Part shown: in pieces, positions 7,192-16,593 of the stretch | Layout: every line of letters starts with the position of its first letter | How positions within the stretch are numbered: the first letter of the stretch is position 1 | Assembly: GCA_964578395.1 (NCBI GenBank) | Contig: CAZOCV010000001.1 | Span: 6,738-43,743, forward strand | From: an uncultured Pirellulales bacterium | GTDB lineage: Bacteria > Planctomycetota > Phycisphaerae > Sedimentisphaerales > SM23-30 | DNA: 37,006 nt | Reading direction: 5' to 3' | Translations under genes and position numbers: made by a program | Notes under the pieces: generated by a model | Databases searched by the model: none | What the model saw: only the letters and a program-made list of their open reading frames with translations | What the model was told of the DNA's origin: nothing

Positions 7192-9276
7192 ATGGATAAC
7201 TCCATGAACATGACTGTTTACCTGGCGGACCTGACCCACACCGGCGTGGGCGTCAACTCCAGTGCATTCCCACTGGGTATCGGCATCGTCGCGGCTTACG
7301 CCCGACAGCATTTCGGCGCCCGGTGGCAAGGAGAATTGTTTAAATTCCCCGATGAACTTAACGAGGGCCTGCGGCGAAAAATGCCCCACGTACTGGGTTT
7401 CAGCAACAACTGCTGTAATTTCAATCTATCTCGCGCCTTCGCGCAATACGTCAAAAAACAGAATCCTCAAACCGTCGTCGTTTTCGGCGGGCCTAATTTC
7501 CCGACCACGCCGCCGGGCCGCGCCGCTTTTCTGCGTGATTGTCCTGAAATCGATTTTTACATCAAATGGGACGGCGAAATCGCTTTTGTTAAACTGCTGG
7601 AATATCTGGCGGCCCGGCATTTTGACGCAGCCGGTTTTAAAAAAGAACGTCTTCTCCCGGAAAATTGCTGTTATCTTGCCGCTGATGACTACCTTGAAGG
7701 CCCTGATCATCGCATCGATGATTTCAGCGCCATCCCCAGCGCTTATACTTCCGGAACACTTGACGCCTTCTTTGGGCGGGGACTCCACCCGCTGGTGGAA
7801 ACCACGCGCGGCTGCCCCTATTCGTGCACCTATTGCAATGACGGCCACGACTTCAAACGATATATCATGAAAAAATCCGCCGCCGCCGTCGCCGCAGAGC
7901 TGGACTACATCGCTCAACGCATCGATCCGGCCGCGGAGTTATGGCTGTGCGATAATAATTTCGGCATGTTCACCGAAGACCTGCACACCAGCGGTGTTAT
8001 CAGCCGTCTGATCAAAACGTACGGCTGGCCGCACGCCCTGCAAACCTCCAACGGCAAAAGCCACCCCGAACGCATTTACGAATCCCGCCGCATTATCAAC
8101 GAGCACCGCGACGGCACGCTGCGTTTCGGCGCTTCGCTGCAAAGCACCGATCCTGAGGTATTACGGCGGATTAAACGCCGCAACCTTCCCGTCAAGGAAT
8201 TACTCAAACTGAATCAATTGCGGCGCGCCGCTCACAACCACCGCACCGCTTTTTTCACCGAACTGATTCTGGCCTTGCCCGGCGACAGTCTGGCGCGGCA
8301 TTATCAGTCACTGCACGACGCCATCGACACGCTGGGCGTAACCAACATCGACATCCACCAGCTAAACCTGCTCCATGGCGCGCCTATGGCCGACGGCGAT
8401 GACCTCCAGCGCTACCAATTTGACGTGCGTTACCGCGTTTTCGTGGGCTGTTTCGGCCTGTACCGTATCGGCGACAACGATATCCCCTGCGCCGAAATCG
8501 ACCGAGTAGTCGTCGGCAATAATACGCTCTCCTTTGAGGATTACCTCGAGTGCCGGGTGATGAACCTGCTGATTAAAATCTTCATTGATTACGATCCTTT
8601 CCGGGAAGTGCTGGGGTTGCTGCGGCATCTGCAACTGAGCATCTTCGACTGGCTGCGGCTGCTGAAAGACGAATTCCTGCCTTGCTCCACGCCGCTGACC
8701 CGGCTGGTCGATAGTTTTCTCCGCGACACGCAAAAACCGCTGTTCCCCGACAAAGCAACCATAAACCGTTTTTTGCAAAATCCCGATCATATTCGCCAGT
8801 ATATCTCCGGCGAACGCGGCGGCAATGAACTGTTAAATCATAAGGCCAGGGCATTCCTGGAGCATCTCGACGCTCTGCATGACATTCTGCACGACAGTGT
8901 AAAAGCATACCTGCAGCGCCGGCAGCGCTTGACGAATGACCTGGCCGACTACCTCGCCCAAGCCGTAGCCTTCAGCCGCCTGACCAAATTCAATCCGTAT
9001 CACCTCGACCAGACCCCGCAGAGTGAATTCACGTTCGATTTCATCGCCGCTCAGCGCGAAGATTTTCAGGTGAATCCCGCCGATATTCGCACCGAACGCA
9101 CGATTTATTGCTTCGTCTATGACGCCGACACGCTGGATTACATTCGGACGCGCATGGCTTGCTGGGGCGGCGAAAATATCGCTCAACTGGGCAAACTCCT
9201 GCAAAAAACCAACCTGCAACTCATTAACCGCCGGCCCGTACCTCTGACCCTCCCTCGCTCCCTGCAACCGGCTTAA
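7192..9276 (+). CDS. B12-binding domain radical SAM protein (class B type)
   Basis: An N-terminal Rossmann-like segment (VLGFSNNCCNF..VVVFGGPNFP) is followed by TTRGCPYSCTYCNDG. The 694-aa product has a long C-terminal extension. Confidence 0.8.
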   Translation: MDNSMNMTVYLADLTHTGVGVNSSAFPLGIGIVAAYARQHFGARWQGELFKFPDELNEGLRRKMPHVLGFSNNCCNFNLSRAFAQYVKKQNPQTVVVFGGPNFPTTPPGRAAFLRDCPEIDFYIKWDGEIAFVKLLEYLAARHFDAAGFKKERLLPENCCYLAADDYLEGPDHRIDDFSAIPSAYTSGTLDAFFGRGLHPLVETTRGCPYSCTYCNDGHDFKRYIMKKSAAAVAAELDYIAQRIDPAAELWLCDNNFGMFTEDLHTSGVISRLIKTYGWPHALQTSNGKSHPERIYESRRIINEHRDGTLRFGASLQSTDPEVLRRIKRRNLPVKELLKLNQLRRAAHNHRTAFFTELILALPGDSLARHYQSLHDAIDTLGVTNIDIHQLNLLHGAPMADGDDLQRYQFDVRYRVFVGCFGLYRIGDNDIPCAEIDRVVVGNNTLSFEDYLECRVMNLLIKIFIDYDPFREVLGLLRHLQLSIFDWLRLLKDEFLPCSTPLTRLVDSFLRDTQKPLFPDKATINRFLQNPDHIRQYISGERGGNELLNHKARAFLEHLDALHDILHDSVKAYLQRRQRLTNDLADYLAQAVAFSRLTKFNPYHLDQTPQSEFTFDFIAAQREDFQVNPADIRTERTIYCFVYDADTLDYIRTRMACWGGENIAQLGKLLQKTNLQLINRRPVPLTLPRSLQPA

Positions 9277-9297
9277 CCTTTCGAGGCCATCGCGTTT

Positions 9298-10494
9298 ATG
9301 TACCGTTATTATGTCGCCGAAAACTTTAATCCCACCTATGCCCGGCTGGAAAAAGCCGACCGGCTTGCTGATTTTATGGCCCAGCGGCTTTTCATGCTTC
9401 AGCATCGCCTGAACCTGCCGCTGCCGATGTGGCGCGATTGTCAGGTACTGGAATTTGGCCCGGCCGCCGGTGAAAACGCTCTCGTGAACGCTTTGCTCGG
9501 CGCCGACGTTCATCTGGTCGAACCGGTGGCGGCCTTTCACGAAAAAATCCGTGATTATTTCGCCACCTGGAGGCAAAACCATCGCCTCAAACAACTTACG
9601 ATTTCCACTTTAAATGAGTTTCAGACCAACGAACAGTTCGCCCTGGTTATCGCGGAGGGCTTCGTTTACACCACCGGCCCGGCCGAACAGTGGACCAAAC
9701 GCCTCGCCTCCTTCTGCGGCGAGCAGGGATTTATCCTGATAAGTTTTCCCGCGGTGTCCGGTTTTCTTATCGAAATGCTGCAAAGCCGCATTTGCCGCCT
9801 GGTCGCGTCACAACGCCGTTTGGATAAAGTTCAGGTTGCTGATTTAATCCTTGGCGCCAAATGGAGGGCTATCCCCCACTCGCGCAGTTTTGAATCATGG
9901 GCCAATGATGTGCTTTTTCACCCCTTTATCCGTTATGAATCGCTGAATCATCCCGATGATATCATCAAATTAATGTATCATATCGGCTTCGACATGTATT
10001 CCTCCTGGCCGCTGCTATCAAGCCCCTACGATGTCACCTGGATTCGCCAGACGCCGTCGCGCGAACAACTCTGCAATAACTATACCCATGCAGCGCTGGC
10101 CCTGCAGCCCAGTCTGCTCCTGGGCCGGCCCGTACCCCTCAAGCCTGATGTCAGTGACGCTTCTCTTATGGCGCTGCATCAGGCTCTCGACCAGGAATTA
10201 CGCTGTTTGGATGCTCTCAACGCGGAGGATGAAACAAGTTTTACGCCTATTGTTACCGCCCATGAGCGCTGTTGTCAGCACCTGGCGGACGTCGTGCTGG
10301 AATACCATCAATCGCCTCTAATGAAAATGATGAACGAAATTAAAATATGCCTTCATCATGCTAAAAATTCTCCGGAAGAACTTTCTCTGTGCTTTCAACC
10401 CGGGCGACTGCTGGGCGATCTCTGGGGCAGCCCGAATTTTTATATGGTGTTTCATCGGGCCATGCCCGTAAAAAAAGCGAAAATTAAACCATGA
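9298..10494 (+). CDS. hypothetical protein, probable class I methyltransferase fold
   Basis: VLEFGPAAGENAL (motif I-like), VHLVEP (acidic loop) and FALVIAEGFV (motif IV-like) occur in the right order. The C-terminal 200 aa are unassigned. Confidence 0.5.
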   Translation: MYRYYVAENFNPTYARLEKADRLADFMAQRLFMLQHRLNLPLPMWRDCQVLEFGPAAGENALVNALLGADVHLVEPVAAFHEKIRDYFATWRQNHRLKQLTISTLNEFQTNEQFALVIAEGFVYTTGPAEQWTKRLASFCGEQGFILISFPAVSGFLIEMLQSRICRLVASQRRLDKVQVADLILGAKWRAIPHSRSFESWANDVLFHPFIRYESLNHPDDIIKLMYHIGFDMYSSWPLLSSPYDVTWIRQTPSREQLCNNYTHAALALQPSLLLGRPVPLKPDVSDASLMALHQALDQELRCLDALNAEDETSFTPIVTAHERCCQHLADVVLEYHQSPLMKMMNEIKICLHHAKNSPEELSLCFQPGRLLGDLWGSPNFYMVFHRAMPVKKAKIKP

Positions 10495-10943
10495 CTCAAA
10501 CCGTATCCCATTATCGTCTCGACCAGCTCCGCGAAGGCCGGGAAGCAGTTTTCGAAGAGGAAATAACGCCGGCGCTGGTGGACGGCTTCGCGGCGCTATC
10601 GGGCGATGTCAGCCCGCTGCACGTCGATGACGCCTTCGCGCGGGAGCGCGGCTTTGGCGGCCGCGTGGCGCACGGGATGATTTTAGGGGCGTTCGTCAGC
10701 CGCCTGGTCGGCGTGCATTTGCCCGGAGCCAACGCCCTGCTGCAATCGGTCAATCTGAAATTTCTCGAACCGGTTTACCTCCATGACCGCCTGCGCATCG
10801 TCGGCCGCGTGGAACAGGTGTCTGAGGCCGCCGGCGCGGTCGTCCTGCAGGTGACCATCACCAACATCCAAAACGATCAGATGGTCGCCAAAGCCAAAGT
10901 GCAGGTAGGTTTTACAAAACCGGCCCGGGGGGAACCGACATGA
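10491..10943 (+). CDS. MaoC-like (R)-hydratase/dehydratase, hot-dog fold
   Basis: The 150-aa product contains SGDVSPLHVDDAFARERGFGGRVAHGM, the MaoC hydratase-2 type motif. There are ATGA overlaps at both ends. Confidence 0.85.
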   Translation: MTQTVSHYRLDQLREGREAVFEEEITPALVDGFAALSGDVSPLHVDDAFARERGFGGRVAHGMILGAFVSRLVGVHLPGANALLQSVNLKFLEPVYLHDRLRIVGRVEQVSEAAGAVVLQVTITNIQNDQMVAKAKVQVGFTKPARGEPT

Positions 10944-12529
10944 TTGATTTTATCATCATCAGCCAATCGGACGTGGTGGATTATGACCAGTACGCCCAAC
11001 TGCCGCTGGACCGGCTGGAGTTGTACCGCGATCTGGTGTTTCCGCGCATGGTGCGCCATGCAGGACGATTCCGGCCGCACCTGGATATGATGCACCTGGC
11101 GCGTTCGCACCCAAATGACGCCGGACTGAATATCTGGAACCTGCCGACATTCGCCGGCATACATCTGGCCGATGTGCTGGCCGCCGATGGCATCAACGTC
11201 GCGGTAATCAATAATATCCGCACCGAATGGACGCGATTTTGCTTTTTGTATGCTCAGTGCTCCACCCCGCCGCTGGTGGGCATTTCCACGACCTTTTATC
11301 TGTCCGCCCGCCCCATTACCCGCATCATCAAAAAACTGCGCACCATCGACCCTGATATGGCCATCGTGCTGGGCGGGGCATTCGTCAATGAACAATGGCG
11401 CAATCACGGCCCGGATGCCTTCAGTAGCCTGATGCTCAAGCATCGCCTTGATTATATTCTCCACGGATTCAACTCCGAAATCGACCTGCGCGATCTGATA
11501 CGAGCGCGCCGCGGACGCGGCCGGCTCGCGGATGTGGCCAATCTTATATATCGTTGTGATGATACAACGGCCGTCACTTCAACGTGCTGGCATGACCCTG
11601 TCCTTAACGACGCCCCGGGACAATGGGACCGGCTGGATTTGCCCTTTATCAACCACACCGTGCAAATGCGAACCTCCAGCGGCTGCCCTTTCGCTTGCGC
11701 CTTTTGCTCTTATCCGCAAACGGCGCAGGGATTTTTCCAGATGGAACCCGGCCGCATTGCCGCTCATTTGCAAAATATTGCACAAATTCCCGGCGTCAAT
11801 CGCATCATTTTTATTGATGATACCTTTAATGTCCCGCCCCGGCGATTTGAGCAATTACTCACGCTGCTGGAACATCATGATTTTACCTGGTTCGCCTTCA
11901 TCCGCGCACAATTCGTGGATGACCGCATCGCCCGGCGCATGTATCAAAGCGGCTGCCGCGGCGTTTATCTCGGCCTGGAATCCGCCAATGATGACGTGCT
12001 GCGCAGCATGAACAAGCTCGCTCGCCGCGATGAATACATCCGCGGCGTCGCGGCCCTGAAAAACGCCGGCATCATCACGCTGGCGGCCTTTATTATCGGC
12101 TTTCCCGGCGAAACGGAAAATAGCCTGCGCGACGATGTGACCTTCATCGAAACCGCCGGCCTGGACTATTACACTCTCAAGGAATTTTATTACATGCCCC
12201 ATACACCCGTGCATCAGCATAGCGCCGACTTTGGCCTCAGCGGCTCCGGCGCGGACTGGTCGCACGCCACGATGGATTCCGCCCGGGCGCGGCAGGCGAA
12301 ACTGGACATGTTCGGCGAAATTAAAAACTGCACCTGGTTCGACGCCGACGCCAATTTATGGGGACTGGCCTATTTGTATGACCAGGGATTTTCGTTTGAG
12401 CAGATTCAGCGCGGCCAGCAAATCATCAATACCATCATCGCCGACCAGATCGCCGGCGACCTGCGCGATCCGCATCCGGCCTTCGACCGGCTTAAGGCTC
12501 TTTTACAACGAGAGACGGTTTCAGTATGA
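10940..12529 (+). CDS. B12-binding domain radical SAM protein (class B type)
   Basis: VGISTTFY..IVLGGAF (B12-binding-like) is followed by MRTSSGCPFACAFCSYP. The product is 529 aa. Confidence 0.8.
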   Translation: MIDFIIISQSDVVDYDQYAQLPLDRLELYRDLVFPRMVRHAGRFRPHLDMMHLARSHPNDAGLNIWNLPTFAGIHLADVLAADGINVAVINNIRTEWTRFCFLYAQCSTPPLVGISTTFYLSARPITRIIKKLRTIDPDMAIVLGGAFVNEQWRNHGPDAFSSLMLKHRLDYILHGFNSEIDLRDLIRARRGRGRLADVANLIYRCDDTTAVTSTCWHDPVLNDAPGQWDRLDLPFINHTVQMRTSSGCPFACAFCSYPQTAQGFFQMEPGRIAAHLQNIAQIPGVNRIIFIDDTFNVPPRRFEQLLTLLEHHDFTWFAFIRAQFVDDRIARRMYQSGCRGVYLGLESANDDVLRSMNKLARRDEYIRGVAALKNAGIITLAAFIIGFPGETENSLRDDVTFIETAGLDYYTLKEFYYMPHTPVHQHSADFGLSGSGADWSHATMDSARARQAKLDMFGEIKNCTWFDADANLWGLAYLYDQGFSFEQIQRGQQIINTIIADQIAGDLRDPHPAFDRLKALLQRETVSV

Positions 12530-14409
12530 ATGCTTCGGACAAAAAAACCGCTCTGGATAAAATCAAACAGCTTATACAGCAGGCTGATTATCAGGAAGCG
12601 TTTCATGCGCTGCTGCATCTTGCTTCGCCTGATGATGATTTCGTTTTGCAGTCGCGTTATGCCGCGCTGTTTGGCAAAATCCCCGCCGACCAATTAAACC
12701 TGCATGAAGTCCGATTGGCGCTGGTCGCCACCAGCACCATCGATCATTTTGCCGGCATTGTGCCTTTCTGGCTGGCGACATTCGGCCTGCGCAGCAAAAT
12801 TTTTCTGGCCCCGCATAACACCCTGCAACAAACCATCCTCGACACAACCAGCGGTCTTTATGCCTTCAAACCCGATGTTACCTTCCTGTTTACCAATCAC
12901 CGCGATGTGCAAATCGATGTGCCGCCGGGAAGCACGGCGGATGAAGCCAACCAGGCGGTCCAACTGGCCGCGGACCTATGGCGCGGTTTATGGAATAATC
13001 TGCTCCATCATAGCGGCGGCCACATTCTTCACAATAACGCCGATATCCCCCACGTCCGCGCGTATGGCAATTACGATGCGGCCATTGCCTGGGGCCGCAG
13101 CCATCTGCTGCAGCGATACAATCTTGAATTGGCTAAAAACCTGTCGGCGGGCGTAACGCTATTCGACCTGGACGCTCTGGCCGCCCGCTTCGGCAAAGAC
13201 CGCTGGTTTGATGAACGCTACTGGCATCATTCTCAACACGCCTTTTCCCTCGACGCATCCGGTCTGGTTGCCCATCAAACCGCCGCCGTCATTGCCGCCA
13301 TCAAGGGCCGGGCCAAAAAGTGCATCGTCCTCGACTTGGACAACACCCTCTGGGGCGGCGTAGTCGGCGATGAGGGCTGGCAAAATCTCCAACTCGGCCA
13401 CGGCGTCAATGGCGAGGCTTATGCCGCGTTTCAAAAATATCTGCTGGAACTTAAAAACCGCGGCATCGTTCTGGCGGTATGCTCCAAAAACGAAGACACC
13501 ATCGCCCGCGAACCCTTCCTGCATCATCCTGAAATGCAACTGCGGCTCGAAGACATCGCCGTTTTCGTCGCCAATTGGAATAATAAAGCGGACAATATTC
13601 GTTATATCGCCCAAACGCTCAACCTTGGCCTCGATGCTCTGGTGTTCCTGGATGATAATCCGGCCGAACGCGAACTCGTCCGCCGCTGCCTGCCTATGGT
13701 CGCCGTCCCCGAATTGGGCGATGATCCCACCCGCTATATCCGCATCCTTGACCATGCCGCCTGTTTTGAAACCATCACCTTTTCCGACGAAGACCGACGA
13801 CGCAGCGATTTCTATCGTGATAATGCCCGTCGCGCGGAACTTCAGCAGCAGTTCAGCGATCTGTCCGGCTATCTGCAAAGCCTGGACATGACGGCGGACG
13901 TCGGCGATTTCGATGAACTGCGCCTGCCCCGTATCGCCCAGCTTATTAATAAAAGTAATCAGTTCCATCTGACCACCACGCGCTATAGCGAAACGCAACT
14001 GCTGATGATGATACAGGACTCCGCCTGGCTGGGGCGGCATTACAGCCTTGCAGATAAATTCGGCCGTCACGGTCTGATTTCGGCGGTCATCCTCCGGCGT
14101 ACCGCCGACAACGCTCTGGACATTGATACCTGGGTAATGAGTTGCCGCGTCCTATCCAAAAGTATGGAGCAATTCGTCGCCAACGATATCATCGCCTGCG
14201 CCCGCCGCCTCGGTTGCCGCCGCCTCATCGGCCGATACCGCCCCACCGCCAAAAACCAACTGGTCGCCGACCTGTATCAGCGTCTGAAATTCACACCCCT
14301 GAGCCAAAATGATGCTGAAACGCTATGGACATTGGACCTCGGCGACGCTAACCTGAACTACGAAACGTTTATCCGCCATTCTCAGTCACTGGCTGAGATA
14401 ACTTTATGA
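12526..14409 (+). CDS. FkbH-like HAD-IIIC family protein with C-terminal GNAT-like region
   Basis: KKCIVLDLDNTLWGGVVGDEG carries the HAD DxDxT motif in the FkbH/HAD-IIIC context. AVCSKNE and VFLDDNPAERE are also present, and the C-terminal block (ISAVILRR..DTWVMSCRVLSKSME) is acyltransferase-like. Confidence 0.85.
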   Translation: MNASDKKTALDKIKQLIQQADYQEAFHALLHLASPDDDFVLQSRYAALFGKIPADQLNLHEVRLALVATSTIDHFAGIVPFWLATFGLRSKIFLAPHNTLQQTILDTTSGLYAFKPDVTFLFTNHRDVQIDVPPGSTADEANQAVQLAADLWRGLWNNLLHHSGGHILHNNADIPHVRAYGNYDAAIAWGRSHLLQRYNLELAKNLSAGVTLFDLDALAARFGKDRWFDERYWHHSQHAFSLDASGLVAHQTAAVIAAIKGRAKKCIVLDLDNTLWGGVVGDEGWQNLQLGHGVNGEAYAAFQKYLLELKNRGIVLAVCSKNEDTIAREPFLHHPEMQLRLEDIAVFVANWNNKADNIRYIAQTLNLGLDALVFLDDNPAERELVRRCLPMVAVPELGDDPTRYIRILDHAACFETITFSDEDRRRSDFYRDNARRAELQQQFSDLSGYLQSLDMTADVGDFDELRLPRIAQLINKSNQFHLTTTRYSETQLLMMIQDSAWLGRHYSLADKFGRHGLISAVILRRTADNALDIDTWVMSCRVLSKSMEQFVANDIIACARRLGCRRLIGRYRPTAKNQLVADLYQRLKFTPLSQNDAETLWTLDLGDANLNYETFIRHSQSLAEITL

Positions 14410-14654
14410 CTGAAAAACGCCACAAACTTCGCCAACGGCTGAATCGAGTGTTTCAGGAAACCTTCGACGACGATGCCATCGATATTTTCGATGAAATGAC
14501 CGCCGCCGACCTCGACGAATGGGATTCCCTTATGCACATCACCCTCGTCATCGCCACGGAAAAGGAATTTGGCCTGGAACTCAAGGCCGATGAGGTCGGC
14601 CGCCTGCAAAACGTCGGCGCTATGCTCGATCTGCTCGAACAGCGCGTGAGTTGA
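14406..14654 (+). CDS. acyl carrier protein
   Basis: The 82-aa product is acidic. LDEWDSLMHITL contains the D-S-L phosphopantetheine attachment serine. It lies directly after the FkbH-like gene with an ATGA overlap. Confidence 0.8.
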   Translation: MTEKRHKLRQRLNRVFQETFDDDAIDIFDEMTAADLDEWDSLMHITLVIATEKEFGLELKADEVGRLQNVGAMLDLLEQRVS

Positions 14655-14656
14655 CC

Positions 14657-15718
14657 ATGACGATTTCCCTCCGCCAGGCCCGCCCCGATGATATCGACCA
14701 GCTTATCCCGCTTTTCCGTAGTGTATATCGCCACAATCCCCGCCTGACCGAACGCGATTACCTCGACTGGCAGTTTCGCGGCGGCGCTTTCGCCCAGCAC
14801 CACGATTATCATCTCTGGCTGGCCGAACAGGAAGGTCAAATCGTCGCTTTTCTCGGTTACGTGCCCGTGGAATTTTATCACCACGGCCAATTGCTTAAGG
14901 GATGTTGGCCGCAAAATTGGGCCGCACCCGGCCAGAAACTCGCCGGTTTCGCCGTTCTTTCCAAACTCATGGAATCCTTCGACAACCTTTTTTATGTCGG
15001 CCTAACGAATGATACCATGAATATTTTCCAGCGTTTGCATGTCCCCATGCAGCGATGCATGCCTCGCTGGCTGGGCATCCTCGACGCAACAAAAACAGCA
15101 TCTATGTTTGGTATCAGCAGTCAACAGGACATGGAGATTATCGGACGTAGTTCTCTGAAATGCCCCAACCATCCCTCCGGCCCGGACATATCCTGCTGCA
15201 CCCGCTTCGCCGATGACATTGACTTTCGCTTTGACCATATTCCTGCGGTTCAAAGCTACTCCCGCCGCACCGGCTCTTACCTGAATTGGCGTTATTTTGA
15301 TATTCCCCGCCACAATTATCGCGGTCTGTACGCCAAAACCGGACAATTCGCTGTCTATCGCATCGAAACCATCACCGGCCACGAGGCCGCCGTACTGCGT
15401 ATTCTGGAATGGTCCTTTACCGGAAATCTCGCCGCTGAGGCTCTTGGGTGGCTCCTGCAGGATGCCCGCCGCCATGGCGTTATTTTGATGGACTTTTTCT
15501 GCACCGCCCCCGCCGTCGGCCGCGAACTGGAAAACCTCGGTTTTTTCCCCCAATCCGAACTAAAAACACCCATTCCCTACCTTTTTCGTCCGGTTTGTCA
15601 GGCCGATGGCATTTCTGTCGCCGTCGATCTGCCCCCCCATCGCCAACCCCGCGACCTCGATTTTTCCACCTGGTATATCACCAAAGGCGATAGCGATATC
15701 GACCGCATTAAATGTTGA
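14657..15718 (+). CDS. hypothetical protein, GNAT-like N-acyltransferase fold suspected
   Basis: The N-terminus ISLRQARPDDIDQLIPLF resembles GNAT starts; the rest is unassigned. ATG 14657 is preferred over the track TTG at 14651. It is the last gene of the plus-strand run. Confidence 0.5.
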   Translation: MTISLRQARPDDIDQLIPLFRSVYRHNPRLTERDYLDWQFRGGAFAQHHDYHLWLAEQEGQIVAFLGYVPVEFYHHGQLLKGCWPQNWAAPGQKLAGFAVLSKLMESFDNLFYVGLTNDTMNIFQRLHVPMQRCMPRWLGILDATKTASMFGISSQQDMEIIGRSSLKCPNHPSGPDISCCTRFADDIDFRFDHIPAVQSYSRRTGSYLNWRYFDIPRHNYRGLYAKTGQFAVYRIETITGHEAAVLRILEWSFTGNLAAEALGWLLQDARRHGVILMDFFCTAPAVGRELENLGFFPQSELKTPIPYLFRPVCQADGISVAVDLPPHRQPRDLDFSTWYITKGDSDIDRIKC

Positions 15719-15750
15719 TTTTTTCCTATTTCTTACCCAAAAAATTCGCT

Positions 15751-16443
15751 TTAATCCGATGTTGATACCAATTCGTCAAGCATAGCAGCAGATATTTCAC
15801 GTAAATTATCCACAATTCTGTCCGCCGAACCAAGTTGCTCCCTCTGATAACTATTACTTACGGCTACGCACATCATTCCCGCCCCTTTGGCCGCCTGAAT
15901 CCCCCAGGAACTATCTTCGATGGCGATACATTTCTCGGGCGTCAATTTTTTGCCGCCTATCAGCCGCCCCGCCCGTTCCATACTTAATTTATATCCTTCA
16001 GGGTCCGGCTTACCCGCCCGCACATCATCTGCGGCAACAATCGTCACAAAATTATCCCTCAGGCCCGATCCGGCCAGCATCATCTCTATTTCCGCACGCA
16101 ACGCCCCCGAACAAATAGCCGCCGGAATGTGAGATTTTCGCAATTCCTGCAAGAATTCCCTTACTCCCGGATAAATTTCCGTCTTTTTTTGGGCTAAAAT
16201 AGCGAAAATTGCGGCTTTTTTTGCCGCCAAACCTTCTATTATCGCCTTATTTCCCTCCCTGCCGGCATTCTTCAGGGCAACCGGGAATAATTCTATATCA
16301 CTATATCCCAAATACTTACGACAATATTCCTCCCACGATAGGGGAATATTTATCTCCTGTAGTGTTTTTCGCACTGCCTCAAAATGCAATGGCTCACTAT
16401 CGACGATCACCCCGTCGAAATCGAAAACCACTAATTCCACCAT
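15751..16443 (-). CDS. HAD-IA family hydrolase (beta-phosphoglucomutase-like)
   Basis: VVFDFDGVIVDSEPLH (DxDG motif I), AICSGA, GKPDPEGY and IAIEDSSWGIQAAKGAGM are all present. ATG 16443 is preferred over the upstream TTG at 16473. Confidence 0.85.
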   Translation of the reverse strand: MVELVVFDFDGVIVDSEPLHFEAVRKTLQEINIPLSWEEYCRKYLGYSDIELFPVALKNAGREGNKAIIEGLAAKKAAIFAILAQKKTEIYPGVREFLQELRKSHIPAAICSGALRAEIEMMLAGSGLRDNFVTIVAADDVRAGKPDPEGYKLSMERAGRLIGGKKLTPEKCIAIEDSSWGIQAAKGAGMMCVAVSNSYQREQLGSADRIVDNLREISAAMLDELVSTSD

Positions 16444-16593
16444 AATGGTCGCGCTCCCTGTAATATACTGCAAAACAACAAGTTATATCTCTTTCTGGAC
16501 AGCTTTATCCAGGCCTCACCCCCGTATTTTACTTGCCATCGGGCGTGCGGAGGAGATAATAGCACCCATAAGACGATTTGTATAATTTTGTGA

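Noticed and set aside
6241-10503. Identical 13-nt gene starts ATGACTCAAACCG at 6241 and 10491, both within ATGA overlaps.
   Set aside because: The identity stops after 13 nt, the proteins are unrelated (SPASM rSAM versus MaoC), and there are only two occurrences. Most likely coincidence.
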